Shown here piece by piece: positions 9,717-20,500 of a stretch of DNA of 64,000 bases. The DNA is taken from positions 39,207-103,206 of the forward strand of contig JAZQUP010000021.1 in the NCBI GenBank assembly GCA_045631345.1, read 5' to 3'. Position 1 is the first letter of the stretch. Every line of letters begins with the position of its first letter. Position numbers and translations under genes: made by a program. The notes under the pieces are model-generated. The model made no database searches and was not told the DNA's origin. It saw only the letters and a list, made by a program, of their open reading frames with translations. Source of the DNA: Candidatus Avispirillum sp. (GTDB lineage Bacteria > Bacillota > Clostridia > Oscillospirales > CAG-272).

Positions 9717-10742
9717 ATGAATCAGGAATTTTTCAATGCCCTTGATCTCCTTGAAAAAACCAAGGGTATCCCGAAGGCTTATATGATAGAAAAAGTAGAA
9801 GCAGCTCTTATCAGCGCTTTCAAGAAGGAATACGGCACAGCAAACGTTCGTGTTGTTATCAATCCCGAAAAGAAGGACGTTAAGGTTTACGAGTGCAAGG
9901 AAGTTGTTGAGGTTGTAGAAGATCCTGCAACTCAGCTCTCTCTTGAAGAAGCAAAGGCAATCAGCCGCCGCCACGTTATCGGTTCCGTAGTTGAAAAGGA
10001 AGTTAAAACTAAGCTGTTCGGCCGTCTCAGCGCACAGACAGCTAAGCAGGTTATTATTCAGGGTATCCGTGAAGCAGAGCGCTCCAGCATGATCCGTGAA
10101 TATGAAAAGAAGCGTGAAGAGGTTATCACAGCTGTTGTAACAAAAACAGCAGACTCTGAGGGCTCAATTGTTATTGACACAGGCACAAGCGAGGCTGTTC
10201 TTCCTGAATCCGAACAGATTCCCGGCGAAACATTCATGGTTGGCGATAGAATCAAGGTATTCGTAACAGAAGTTAAGAGAGAGAGCATGGCAGGTCCCAT
10301 CGTAACTCTTTCCAGAACTCATCCCAATCTTGTAAAGCGTCTCTTCGAAATGGAGATCCCCGAAATTCAGGATGGCACAGTTATCATCCACAATATTTCC
10401 CGTGAGGCAGGCAGCCGTTCCAAGCTGGCAGTTTACTCCAGAGATGAAAATGTTGAGGCTGTTGGAGCCTGTATCGGTGAAAGAGGTCGCCGTATTGCTG
10501 AGATCGTAGACGAGCTCAGAGGTGAGAAAATCGACATTATTGAATATTCCGAAGATCCCGCAGAATTCATTGCAGCAGCGCTTTCTCCTGCTGAGGTAAC
10601 AAGCGTTGAGCTTGTTGGCGAAAGAAGCGCATCTGTTGTTGTTCCTGCAGATCAGCTTTCTCTTGCAATCGGTAAGGAAGGACAGAATGCCCGCCTTGCT
10701 GCAAGACTTACAGGCTATAAGATAGATATTAAGGGTAACTGA
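9717..10742 (+). CDS. nusA: Transcription termination factor NusA
   Basis: FGRLSAQTAKQ, S1 and KH domains, LSLAIGKEGQNARLA. Confidence 0.97.
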   Translation: MNQEFFNALDLLEKTKGIPKAYMIEKVEAALISAFKKEYGTANVRVVINPEKKDVKVYECKEVVEVVEDPATQLSLEEAKAISRRHVIGSVVEKEVKTKLFGRLSAQTAKQVIIQGIREAERSSMIREYEKKREEVITAVVTKTADSEGSIVIDTGTSEAVLPESEQIPGETFMVGDRIKVFVTEVKRESMAGPIVTLSRTHPNLVKRLFEMEIPEIQDGTVIIHNISREAGSRSKLAVYSRDENVEAVGACIGERGRRIAEIVDELRGEKIDIIEYSEDPAEFIAAALSPAEVTSVELVGERSASVVVPADQLSLAIGKEGQNARLAARLTGYKIDIKGN

Positions 10743-10744
10743 CA

Positions 10745-11044
10745 GTGAGCGCAAATAAAGCCCCTAAGGTTAAAAAGATCCCCGAAAGAAAATGCACAGG
10801 ATGCGGACAGTCATTTCCCAAAAAGGACCTTATCAGAGTTGTGAGAAGTCCTGAAGGAGATGTTTCACTTGATTTCACAGGAAAGAAAAGCGGACGCGGC
10901 GCATATGTGTGCAAAAGCTCTCAGTGCTTCAAAAAGGCGAGAAAGGCAAACAGATTCAAAACAAATCTTGAATGCGAGATTCCCGAAGAATTGCTTTCTG
11001 CTCTTGAAGAAGAGATCACATTATGGGAGGCTGAGAATAAATGA
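10745..11044 (+). CDS. ylxR: YlxR (DUF448) RNA-binding protein
   Basis: PERKCTGC, GRGAYVC; position after nusA. Confidence 0.9.
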   Translation: MSANKAPKVKKIPERKCTGCGQSFPKKDLIRVVRSPEGDVSLDFTGKKSGRGAYVCKSSQCFKKARKANRFKTNLECEIPEELLSALEEEITLWEAENK

Positions 11045-11358
11045 AGGCTCAGCTTTGTAAATATTTAGGACTTTGCGCAGCATCACGATCTGCCGTTTGC
11101 GGCAGTGAGCTTGCCCTTAGCGCAATCAGAAAAAATTCCGCAAAGGTCAACCTGATGCTTCTTGCAAGCGATGCCTCTGTAAGAACACAAAAGCAGGTAA
11201 CCGATAAATGCGATTTCTATAAAGTTAAGCTTATAAAGCTTGATCTCACAATGACAGAGCTTTCCGATGCTCTTGGAAAAAGCTCTCTTTGTGCCGCCTG
11301 CGCTATAACAAACAAGGGGTTGGCGGAAAAAATTGAAGAATTAACACTTCAGCTATAA
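11041..11358 (+). CDS. ylxQ: L7Ae/YlxQ family RNA-binding protein
   Basis: LGL..G..LASDAS..LSDALGK pattern; between ylxR and infB. Confidence 0.8.
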   Translation: MKAQLCKYLGLCAASRSAVCGSELALSAIRKNSAKVNLMLLASDASVRTQKQVTDKCDFYKVKLIKLDLTMTELSDALGKSSLCAACAITNKGLAEKIEELTLQL

Positions 11359-11405
11359 GCAACGAAAGGATCCCCAAATAGTAGTGGGGAACAGGTGATA
11401 ACAAT

Positions 11406-14267
11406 ATGGCACAAGCCCCGATGTCCCGTATTAATCAGCTTGCAAAAGACCTTGATATGAAGAGCAAGGATCTCATTGCAGTTCTTGAAGAGAATAATCT
11501 CGGTGGCAAAAAGACAACAACAGTTCTTGCAGCTGACGAATTCAATCTCTTTTTAGATAAATTGACAAAGGATAACCAGATCTCCGATATTGACGGATAT
11601 GTTCATGGTAAAACAAATATTCCTTCTGTAAAGAAGGTCAATGCAGAAGCAGAGGCAGAAGCTAAGAAGGCTGCTGATGAAAAGGCAAAGGCAGAAGCTG
11701 CTGCAAAGGCAAAGGCAGAGGCTGAGGCAAAGGCTAAGGCTGAAGCAGAAGCTAAAGCAAAGGCTGAGGCAGAAGCAAAGGCTAAAGCTGAAGCAGAAGC
11801 TAAGGCTAAGATCGGCACAGCTAACCTTGATGCTGAAAAGGATGCTGCTCTTATGAAGATGGCAGCTGCAGCTAAGGCAAGAGCAGAGGCTGAGGCTAAG
11901 GCTAAAGAAGAAAAGGCTAAGGCAAAGGCTGAAGGCAGAGATCAGAAGGATCAGCGCCCTGCTAAGCCCCAGCAGAATAATAACAGACAGGATGCAAGAC
12001 CTGATAACCGTCAGGACAGACCTCAGAAGAACGATCGCTTTGCTGATCGTAAGAATGATGGACGCCCTCAGGATAACCGTCAGAATAATCAGCGTTTTGA
12101 CAATAGAGACAATAGAGATAACAGAGACAACAGAGATAACAGAGACAGAAGAAACAATAACAATCTTAAGCCTCAGGGCGCTCCTCAGCAGAACCGCCCC
12201 GCAGAGTCTCAGAACCAGAACCGCAGCTATATTCCCGATGCTTCCACAATGGGTAAGCAGAAGCAGAAGGCTGCAGCTCCTGCAAATGAGCGTAAGCGTA
12301 CAGGCACAACAAGAGTTGTAGACACAAGAGCTAACTCTGTTGACCTTTCCAAATACGACGAGCGCCTTGAAACATTCGCTCCCGATTTCCATCGCGACAA
12401 TTCTTCCAATAAGCAGAAGCTTAAGAAGCAGAACACACGTGATATGCGTTCTTCTAAGAATCGCAATAAGGAAAACAGCGCTATGGAGCGTCTCCGTAAG
12501 GAGCAGCAGGCTAAGAAGCAGGTTCTCAAGATCACAGTTCCTGATGAAATCTCCGTTTCCGAGCTTGCATCTCGCCTTAAGGTAACAGCTGCAGAGGTTG
12601 TTAAGCGCCTTATGCTTATGGGCACTCTTGCAACAGTTAACCAGATCATTGATTTTGACACAGCTTATCTTATCGCTGACGAGCTTGGCGCTGAGGTAAC
12701 TCGTGAGGTTGTTGTAACAATCGAAGAAAAGCTCTTCAATGAGGAAGAGGATACAGATGAAAACCAGGTAGAAAGAGCACCTGTTGTTTGCGTAATGGGA
12801 CACGTTGACCATGGTAAAACATCCCTTCTTGACGCTATCCGCCATACAAACGTAACAAGCGGAGAAGCAGGTGGTATCACACAGCATATCGGTGCTTACA
12901 GAGTTAATATCGGTGGCAAGGATATCACATTCCTTGACACTCCCGGTCACGAAGCGTTCACAGCAATGCGTGCACGTGGTGCTCAGGCAACAGATATTGC
13001 AATCCTCGTTGTTGCTGCAGACGACGGTATCATGCCCCAGACAGTTGAAGCTATCAACCATGCTAAGGCTGCAGGCGTTGAAATCATCGTTGCTATCAAT
13101 AAGATGGATAAGCCCACAGCTAACCCCGATGCAGTTAAAACAGAGCTCACAAACTATAACCTCGTTCCTGAAGAATGGGGCGGTGATGTTATGTGCATTC
13201 CCGTTTCTGCTGTAACAAGAATGGGTATTGAAGACCTTCTTGAAAGCGTTCTTCTTATTGCAGAGGTTAAGGAATACAAGGCTAACCCCGAAAGACGCGC
13301 AAAGGGTATCGTTATCGAGGCTAAGCTTGATAAGGGTAGAGGCCCTGTTGCAACAGTTCTTGTTCAGAATGGTACTCTCAGAGGCGGTGATATCGTTATC
13401 GCAGGCACATCTGTTGGCCGTGTAAGAGCAATGACAGACCACACAGGTAAGGCTCTCAAGGAGGCAGGTCCTTCTGTTCCTGTTGAGATCATCGGTCTTT
13501 CTGAGGTTCCTCAGTCCGGTGACGAATTCAACGCAGTTGAAGACGAAAGAATGGCAAGAACTCTTGCTGATCAGCGTAAGGCAAAGGCAAAGGAAGAAGT
13601 GTTCAAGGCAAACGCTAAGGTTAACCTTGAAGATCTCTTTGCTCAGATCAAGGAAGGCGTTCAGGATCTTAACATTATCGTTAAGGCAGACGTTGGCGGT
13701 AGCGCTGAGGCTGTTAAGCAGTCCCTTGAAAAGATCTCCAACGATGAGGTTCGTGTTCGTGTTATCCATTCTGCAGCAGGTGGTATCACAGAAAGCGACG
13801 TTATGCTTGCTGATGCATCCAATGCGATCATCGTAGGCTTTAACGTTCGTCCCGACCGTGGTGCTATTGATTCTGCTGAAAACAAGGGTGTTGATATCAG
13901 AACATATCGTATTATCTACGATTGTATCGAAGAGATCACAGCTGCTATGAAGGGTATGCTTGCTCCTGAGTTTGTTGAAAAGCTTCTCGGTCAGGCAGAA
14001 GTTCGTCAGACAATCAGAGTTCCTAACGTTGGCGTTATCGCAGGTTCTTATGTTCAGAACGGCTATATCACAAGAAGCGCAAATATTCGCGTTGTTCGTG
14101 ATGGCGTTGTTATCTTTGAGGATAAGATCTCCTCTCTTAAGAGATTTAAGGACGACGTTAAGGAAGTTCAGACAGGCTACGAATGTGGTATTGGTCTTGA
14201 TAAGTTTAACGACCTTAAGGAAGGCGATATTCTTGAAGCCTTCATTATGGAAGAGGTTGCAAGATAA
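11406..14267 (+). CDS. infB: Translation initiation factor IF-2
   Basis: [30 protein letters not shown]. Confidence 0.98.
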   Translation: MAQAPMSRINQLAKDLDMKSKDLIAVLEENNLGGKKTTTVLAADEFNLFLDKLTKDNQISDIDGYVHGKTNIPSVKKVNAEAEAEAKKAADEKAKAEAAAKAKAEAEAKAKAEAEAKAKAEAEAKAKAEAEAKAKIGTANLDAEKDAALMKMAAAAKARAEAEAKAKEEKAKAKAEGRDQKDQRPAKPQQNNNRQDARPDNRQDRPQKNDRFADRKNDGRPQDNRQNNQRFDNRDNRDNRDNRDNRDRRNNNNLKPQGAPQQNRPAESQNQNRSYIPDASTMGKQKQKAAAPANERKRTGTTRVVDTRANSVDLSKYDERLETFAPDFHRDNSSNKQKLKKQNTRDMRSSKNRNKENSAMERLRKEQQAKKQVLKITVPDEISVSELASRLKVTAAEVVKRLMLMGTLATVNQIIDFDTAYLIADELGAEVTREVVVTIEEKLFNEEEDTDENQVERAPVVCVMGHVDHGKTSLLDAIRHTNVTSGEAGGITQHIGAYRVNIGGKDITFLDTPGHEAFTAMRARGAQATDIAILVVAADDGIMPQTVEAINHAKAAGVEIIVAINKMDKPTANPDAVKTELTNYNLVPEEWGGDVMCIPVSAVTRMGIEDLLESVLLIAEVKEYKANPERRAKGIVIEAKLDKGRGPVATVLVQNGTLRGGDIVIAGTSVGRVRAMTDHTGKALKEAGPSVPVEIIGLSEVPQSGDEFNAVEDERMARTLADQRKAKAKEEVFKANAKVNLEDLFAQIKEGVQDLNIIVKADVGGSAEAVKQSLEKISNDEVRVRVIHSAAGGITESDVMLADASNAIIVGFNVRPDRGAIDSAENKGVDIRTYRIIYDCIEEITAAMKGMLAPEFVEKLLGQAEVRQTIRVPNVGVIAGSYVQNGYITRSANIRVVRDGVVIFEDKISSLKRFKDDVKEVQTGYECGIGLDKFNDLKEGDILEAFIMEEVAR
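11641..11810 (+). repeat. Coding repeat (AEAEAKAK)n in IF-2 N-terminus
   Basis: 24-bp-period degenerate repeat; a (DNR)n 9-bp repeat follows at about 12099-12148. Confidence 0.8.
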
Positions 14268-14279
14268 ATTTGCATATAG

Positions 14280-14309
14280 AAAAGGAGATGCGAAAGCATC
14301 TCCTTTTTT
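14280..14309 (+). terminator. infB terminator; AAGGAGATGC palindrome family member
   Basis: AAAAGGAGATGC-GAAA-GCATCTCCTTTTTT. Confidence 0.85.
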
Positions 14310-14429
14310 GCGTGTTATTATTGTTAAAGTAATTTAAATCCTACTAAATCACCTGTGTTGAATTTGTTGGTAAAGCTGCAGTTTTATTGTTGTAAATATA
14401 CAAAAAGAAAACCTGCAATATATGTAACA

Positions 14430-14458
14430 TTGACATTTATATCTGCTTGTGATAAAAT
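14430..14458 (+). promoter_or_regulatory. Sigma-A promoter of giant surface protein gene
   Basis: TTGACA-17 bp-TAAAAT with TG extended -10. Confidence 0.7.
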
Positions 14459-14515
14459 TTTAATACTAAAAAATGTAAAAAATATAAACGTGAATTATAA
14501 AAAAGGAGATCTGAA

Positions 14516-17500
14516 ATGACTCATTCAACAAAGAAACGATTTATATCGTTGTTTATCTGTCTGACTGTGGTGCTGTCTATGTTTGCGCCCATAGTATCAT
14601 ACGCAGATATAGTAACGTGGGAGCCAGAACCATTTGGTTATGAAGTTTATGGTGACACATGTACTATCACAAACTACAATGGAAATGATTCTGTTGTAAA
14701 TATTCCTTCGGAAATTGATGGATATATCGTTACAGAAATAGGATATGGGGCTTTTGCTTCAATCGGTAACATTAATGAAGTCTATCTTCCTGAAACAGTT
14801 ACCGTAATTGGCGAAGCTGCTTTTTTGAATTGCCGTGACCTGGTGTATATCAATATTCCCGACTCAGTTCATACAATTGGCGAACGTGCATTTTCAAATT
14901 GCGAATCTCTTTTGTCAATTGATCTTCCTTCAATGTTATCATCAATTGAACGTCAGGCATTTTATAATTGCCGTTTGATCACAAGCATTGAAATTCCTGA
15001 AAATGTTATGAGAATCGGCGATGAAGCTTTTGCATATTGTGAAAGTCTTGAATATGTAACCTTTCCTGAAATGCTTTGCGAGATCGGTAGTGCCGCATTT
15101 GAATGTTGCACACTTCTGAGAGAGGCTGTTATTCCCGATAATGTTTATTCTATTGGCGACAGAGCTTTCAATTGCTGTAACAGTCTTAGCTATGTAAAGC
15201 TTCCCTGGAATATTACAAGTGTGCTCTGTGATACATTTGGCTATTGCTTCTCATTGTTCAGCATCGAGATTCCCGAAAATGTTAGCTATATTGAAAACGG
15301 AGCATTTTGCTCAGACCTTCGTGAAATAACTATCTATAGTTCGCATCCAAGCATAGATTATGATGCTATAAATCGTGATACAACTATCTTAGCTTATGCA
15401 AACTCTACTGCTCATGTATATGCTATAGATAACGGAAACTATTTTGTTTCCCTGGGAGAAAGAGTTCATGTAAACGATATTGAAGTTATCGTTCCTCAAA
15501 CTACATATGTTGTAGGTGAGGAGTTTAACAAATCCGGACTCTCTATGAATCTCTGCTTTGACGATGGTATTACAATTTATGTTCCCGAAGAGTATATAGA
15601 GGTTCTGTATTTTGATTCAACAACGCCCGGCGTTCAGTCAGTAACTCTCAAATATCTTGATTATTATAAGGATATAACTGTTGAGGTTATTGATGGCTCA
15701 GGTGCTCCCAATCCTATTGAGCATACAATTGGGGTAGGTGAAAATACAGAGTTCTATATTGGCCCCGATGTTGATGTAACTGTTCGCTTTATGGCTCCAG
15801 AGAACGGAGAATATGCTTTTGTTTCAACATCCGATATGGATACAAAATGCTATCTCTACGATGCCTTCGGAACTCAGCTTGAATATAATGACGATGGTGG
15901 AGAAGGATATAATTTCCGTTTGGTTTATTCAATGACAGAGGGCGAAGAGTATTATTTCAAGCCTTCATTTTATGACGAGAGCCATGCAGGTTATATTCCT
16001 GTTTATCTTGTTCAGATCTCATCAGGTAATTCTAGTTCTTGTAACCACGAAAATGACGAAAACTTCGATATTTTAGAAGTAGAGAGAGAGCCCACTTGCA
16101 GCCAGGAGGGCTGGTATTATTGGACATGCTCTAAGTGTGATGCTTATTATAGCCAGATCATTCCCACAAATGAAAATCATGCTAACCTCTGGGATGAATG
16201 GTTGAAAGCGCCCTCTGACTATGAGGATGGTATTATCCGTTGGACCTGCTATGATTGCGGATATTTTTATGATGAAATAGTGCCCGCCCTGATAGGTGAG
16301 TCTCCTTATGAATATTATATCGATGGCGGAAACTGTATTATCACAGGATATACAGGTCACGAAAGCATGGTAAGCGTTCCTTATGAAATCAAAGGATATC
16401 CTGTAACAGAAATCGGCGAGTACGCATTTGCGTACAATTCTGATGTTATCCAGATTTATCTTCCCGAAACAGTGGTGAAAATCGGAGAAGGCGCTTTCCG
16501 TGAATGTTATATGCTTGAATACGTGTACATGCCCGATTCTGTTTATCACATAGGAAATATAGCATTCTTCACATGTCCTAATCTGAAAAGTGTTGAAATA
16601 CCTGAGTTTGTAACAAGTATAGGTCAGCAAACCTTTTTAGAATGTACATCTCTTGAAACAGTTAATATGGGTTGTGGTGTTGAGCGTATAGAGAGTGAAG
16701 CATTTAGCGGCTGCTCAAGCCTTCGCAATGTAACCTTCTCTGAAAACCTTATGTATATTGACGATGCTGCTTTCATGTACTGTTCAAGTCTTGAGGAAGT
16801 TGATATTCCCGATAGTGTTTCATATATAGGCTATGGCGCTTTTGAGTACTGCACTGAGCTGAGATATGTTGAGCTGCCCTGGAATCTTGAGAGTATTGGT
16901 ACGGGCACATTCATGGGATGTCTTAGTCTCAGCTATATAGATATTCCCGAAAGTGTTGCTTTTATTGAGTATGAAGCCTTTGACTCCAGCCTGACAACTA
17001 TGGTTGTTCGTGGCATGAACACCATGATTTATCAATATATTGACCCTATAACAACTATAAGCGCATATATCGGCTCTGAAGCTCATCATTATGCGTTTAG
17101 TAATGGTAATCACTTTATTTCCTTAGGTGAATTTTATCCTGTAACCAACATTGAGGTTATGTCACCTTATAAAACAGAATATATGGTTGGCGAAGAATTT
17201 GATAAAGAAGGTCTTGAAATGACCCTCTATTTCGATAACTTTGTTCCTTTCCATGTTCCTGTTGAGCATATCGAGGTGCTGTATTTCGATTCATCATCTC
17301 CCGGCTATAAGACTGTAACAATCAGATATCTTGATTATTCAAAGGATATCACAGTTAATGTTATCGGCAATAGCAATCCTGAATATTCAATAGGTGTTGG
17401 AGAAAGCCTGTCATTCTATATCAGAGATACAGATGATATAAGAATCAGCTTTGTTGCTCCCTGGAGTGGCGAATTTATCTTTGCGGCAACTTCAGACCTT

Positions 17501-20500
17501 GACACTCAGTGCACACTCTATGATGCATATGGAAATGAGCTGGCATATGATGATGACGGAAATGGAAATCGGGATTTCCGTCTGCCGTACATAATGGTTG
17601 AAGGCGAGGTATATTATTTCAGACCCCATCTTTATGGTGATGCAGCCCCCGGAGAAATAACTGTACATTTGATTGAAGGTGCATGTGTACACGATTATTA
17701 TGAAGAATATATCGTTGAGCCCACATGTACAGAGAACGGAATTATCCGCTGGACATGCTATAAATGTGGTGACTCTTATGAAGATGTGACAGCACCTGTT
17801 GATCATCAGTTTTATGAGGAGTTTGTCTCCGCACCCTCTTGCACAGAGGACAGAATAGCTCGTTATGCTTGCTATAATTGCGATTATTACTATGATGTAA
17901 TAGTAGAGTACGGAGATGGCCACGCATACGATGAGAGATATGTTGTTATAGAGCCTACATGTACAGAGGATGGTATAATTCGCTATACATGCCATCGTTG
18001 CGGCGACTATTATGAGGAAATAAAGCCTTCTCGTGGACATAATTATTATGCAGAAGCTGTAGCGCCTACCTGCGAAATGTCCGGATTTACAAGATACAAT
18101 TGTGAATATTGCGGACATTACTACGAGGATAATTTTGTTGAACCCATGGGTCATAATTATGTGGTTATGGATTCAATGCATCCCGGATGTGAAACAAACG
18201 GATATATAAATTATGTTTGTGAGTATTGTGGAATCAGCTATGGTGAACAGATTCCTCCCACAGGACATAATATGGTATCTGAGTTTTTCCCTGCCAGCCC
18301 TGAGTGTCCTCAGGATAGCTATTTGCATCGCTGCACAGTATGTGATTATTTCTATATAGAATATGTTGGAATCCCCGAGCATCCTCACAATTATGTTGAA
18401 ACAGAAATAATTGAGCCCACATGTACAATCGAAGGCAGCAGAACATATACTTGTGATTTCTGCGGCGATTCCTATACAGAAGTGATCTATCCTCTCGGAC
18501 ATGTTGAGGGACCTGTAGTTGGTGAAAACTCAATGGGTGCCACATGTGAATCTGAGGGTCACTTTGACGAGGTTATCTACTGTACTGTATGTGGAGAAGA
18601 ACTCTGGAGACATACACAAATTATTCCTCCTCTCAGTCACTACTATATCACCGAAATATTTGAGCCTACCTGTTATGATAGTGGGTATATTGCATATACA
18701 TGTATGTATTGCGGAGATTATTATGAAGAGTTTATCCCCACTTACGATCACTTATATGTAATGACCGATAGCTATGATCCCACATGTACAAAAGACGGCT
18801 ATATGTATCATGTATGTGAGCGCTGCGGCGATACTTATATAGAAACCTTTGATGCATACGGCCACGATTATTGGGATGAGTATGTAGAAGAGCCCACTTG
18901 TGAGGAAGACGGAATAATCCGTTGGACTTGCGACTATTGCGGTGACTTCTACGATGAAATAGAGCAAGCATATGGTCACGACTATTTGGACGAATATGTT
19001 TCCGAGCCTACTTGTACAGAGGATGGCATAATTCGCTGGACATGTGACTATTGCGGCGACTTCTATGATGAAATAGAGGAAGCTTACGGTCATGACTACG
19101 ATAGCGAATATATCATAGAACCTTCTTGCGAAAGAGATGGTTTGATTCGATATACTTGCTGTGAGTGCGGCCACTATTACGAAGAAACAGAAGCAGCTTA
19201 TGGCCATGACTATTGGGACGAATATGTTTCAGAGCCTACATGTACAGAGGATGGTATAATTCGCTGGACATGTGATTACTGTGGCGATTTTTATGAAGAA
19301 ACAGAAGAGGCATTGGGCCATGACTATTGGGACGAATATGTTTCCGAGCCTACTTGTACAGAGGATGGTATAATTCGCTGGACATGTGACTATTGCGGTG
19401 ACTTCTATGAAGAAACAGAAGCAGCCTATGGCCACGATTATTGGGACGAGTGTATACAGGTGCCAAACTGCCAGCAGGATGGTATTATGCGCTATACTTG
19501 TACAAATTGTGGTGATTGGTATGATGAGCCAATTTATTCATATGGGCACAGATATATTCCGTATGAGACAATACCTCCCACATGTACAGTCTCCGGCTTT
19601 GAAAGCTTGATTTGTGTCGATTGTGGAGATATGTATTCGTATAACGTGCCTGAACTCGGACACATCTATAACAGTGTAACTGTTGCTCCGACTTGCGATA
19701 GTCAGGGTTATACAAGATATTTATGTGAGATGTGTGGTGATTCCTATGAAGAAAACTTTGTTGATCCCATAGGTCATAACTTTGAAGCAAGAAAGTACGT
19801 TGCTCCCGGCTGTGAAATGGATGGATATGGATGGTATATCTGTCTGAATTGTGATTACTACTATGATGAAACAATTCCTGCTATAGGTCATAACTATGAG
19901 CTTACAGATATTGTGGAATCCACATGTGAAATAGTTGGTTATTTTCAGTATGAATGTCAGAACTGTGGTGATTCATATAAAGAAGATCGCCCCTTCTATG
20001 GACATAACTATACAAACACATTCTATGCCCCCACATGTACAGAGGATGGCTATTGGCAGAATGATTGCCGCTATTGCGGATATTCTTATATTGAATCAAT
20101 CGTTCCCGCAACAGGACATATCCCCGGAGATGTTGTTACAGAAAACAGAATTGAGCCCTCTTGCAAATATGATGGTTCATGTGAAGAGGTTGTATACTGT
20201 AATGCATGTAATAATGAGGTTTCCAGAACATGGTTTAATATTCCTGCATACGGACATACCCCCGGAGATGTTGTTACAGAAAACAGAATAAATCCCTCTT
20301 GCGAATATGATGGTTCATATGAAGAGGTTGTATACTGTAATGCATGTAATAATGAGGTTTCCAGAACATGGTTTAGTATTCCTGCATACGGACATACACC
20401 CGGAGAAGCTGTTACAGAAAACAGAATAAATCCCTCTTGCGAACATGATGGTTCATATGAAGAGGTTATATACTGTACTGTATGTAATTGTGAAATTTCA

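Noticed and set aside
11641-12148. Low-complexity repeats in infB as a novel element
   Set aside because: Variable Ala/Lys/Glu and Asn/Arg-rich linkers are normal in IF-2 N-termini
11553-13769. 738-aa antisense ORF over infB (also 7812-9068, 4037-4954, 54662-55726, 41017-41886)
   Set aside because: Shadow ORFs caused by codon bias of the real genes on the opposite strand; no RBS or family motifs
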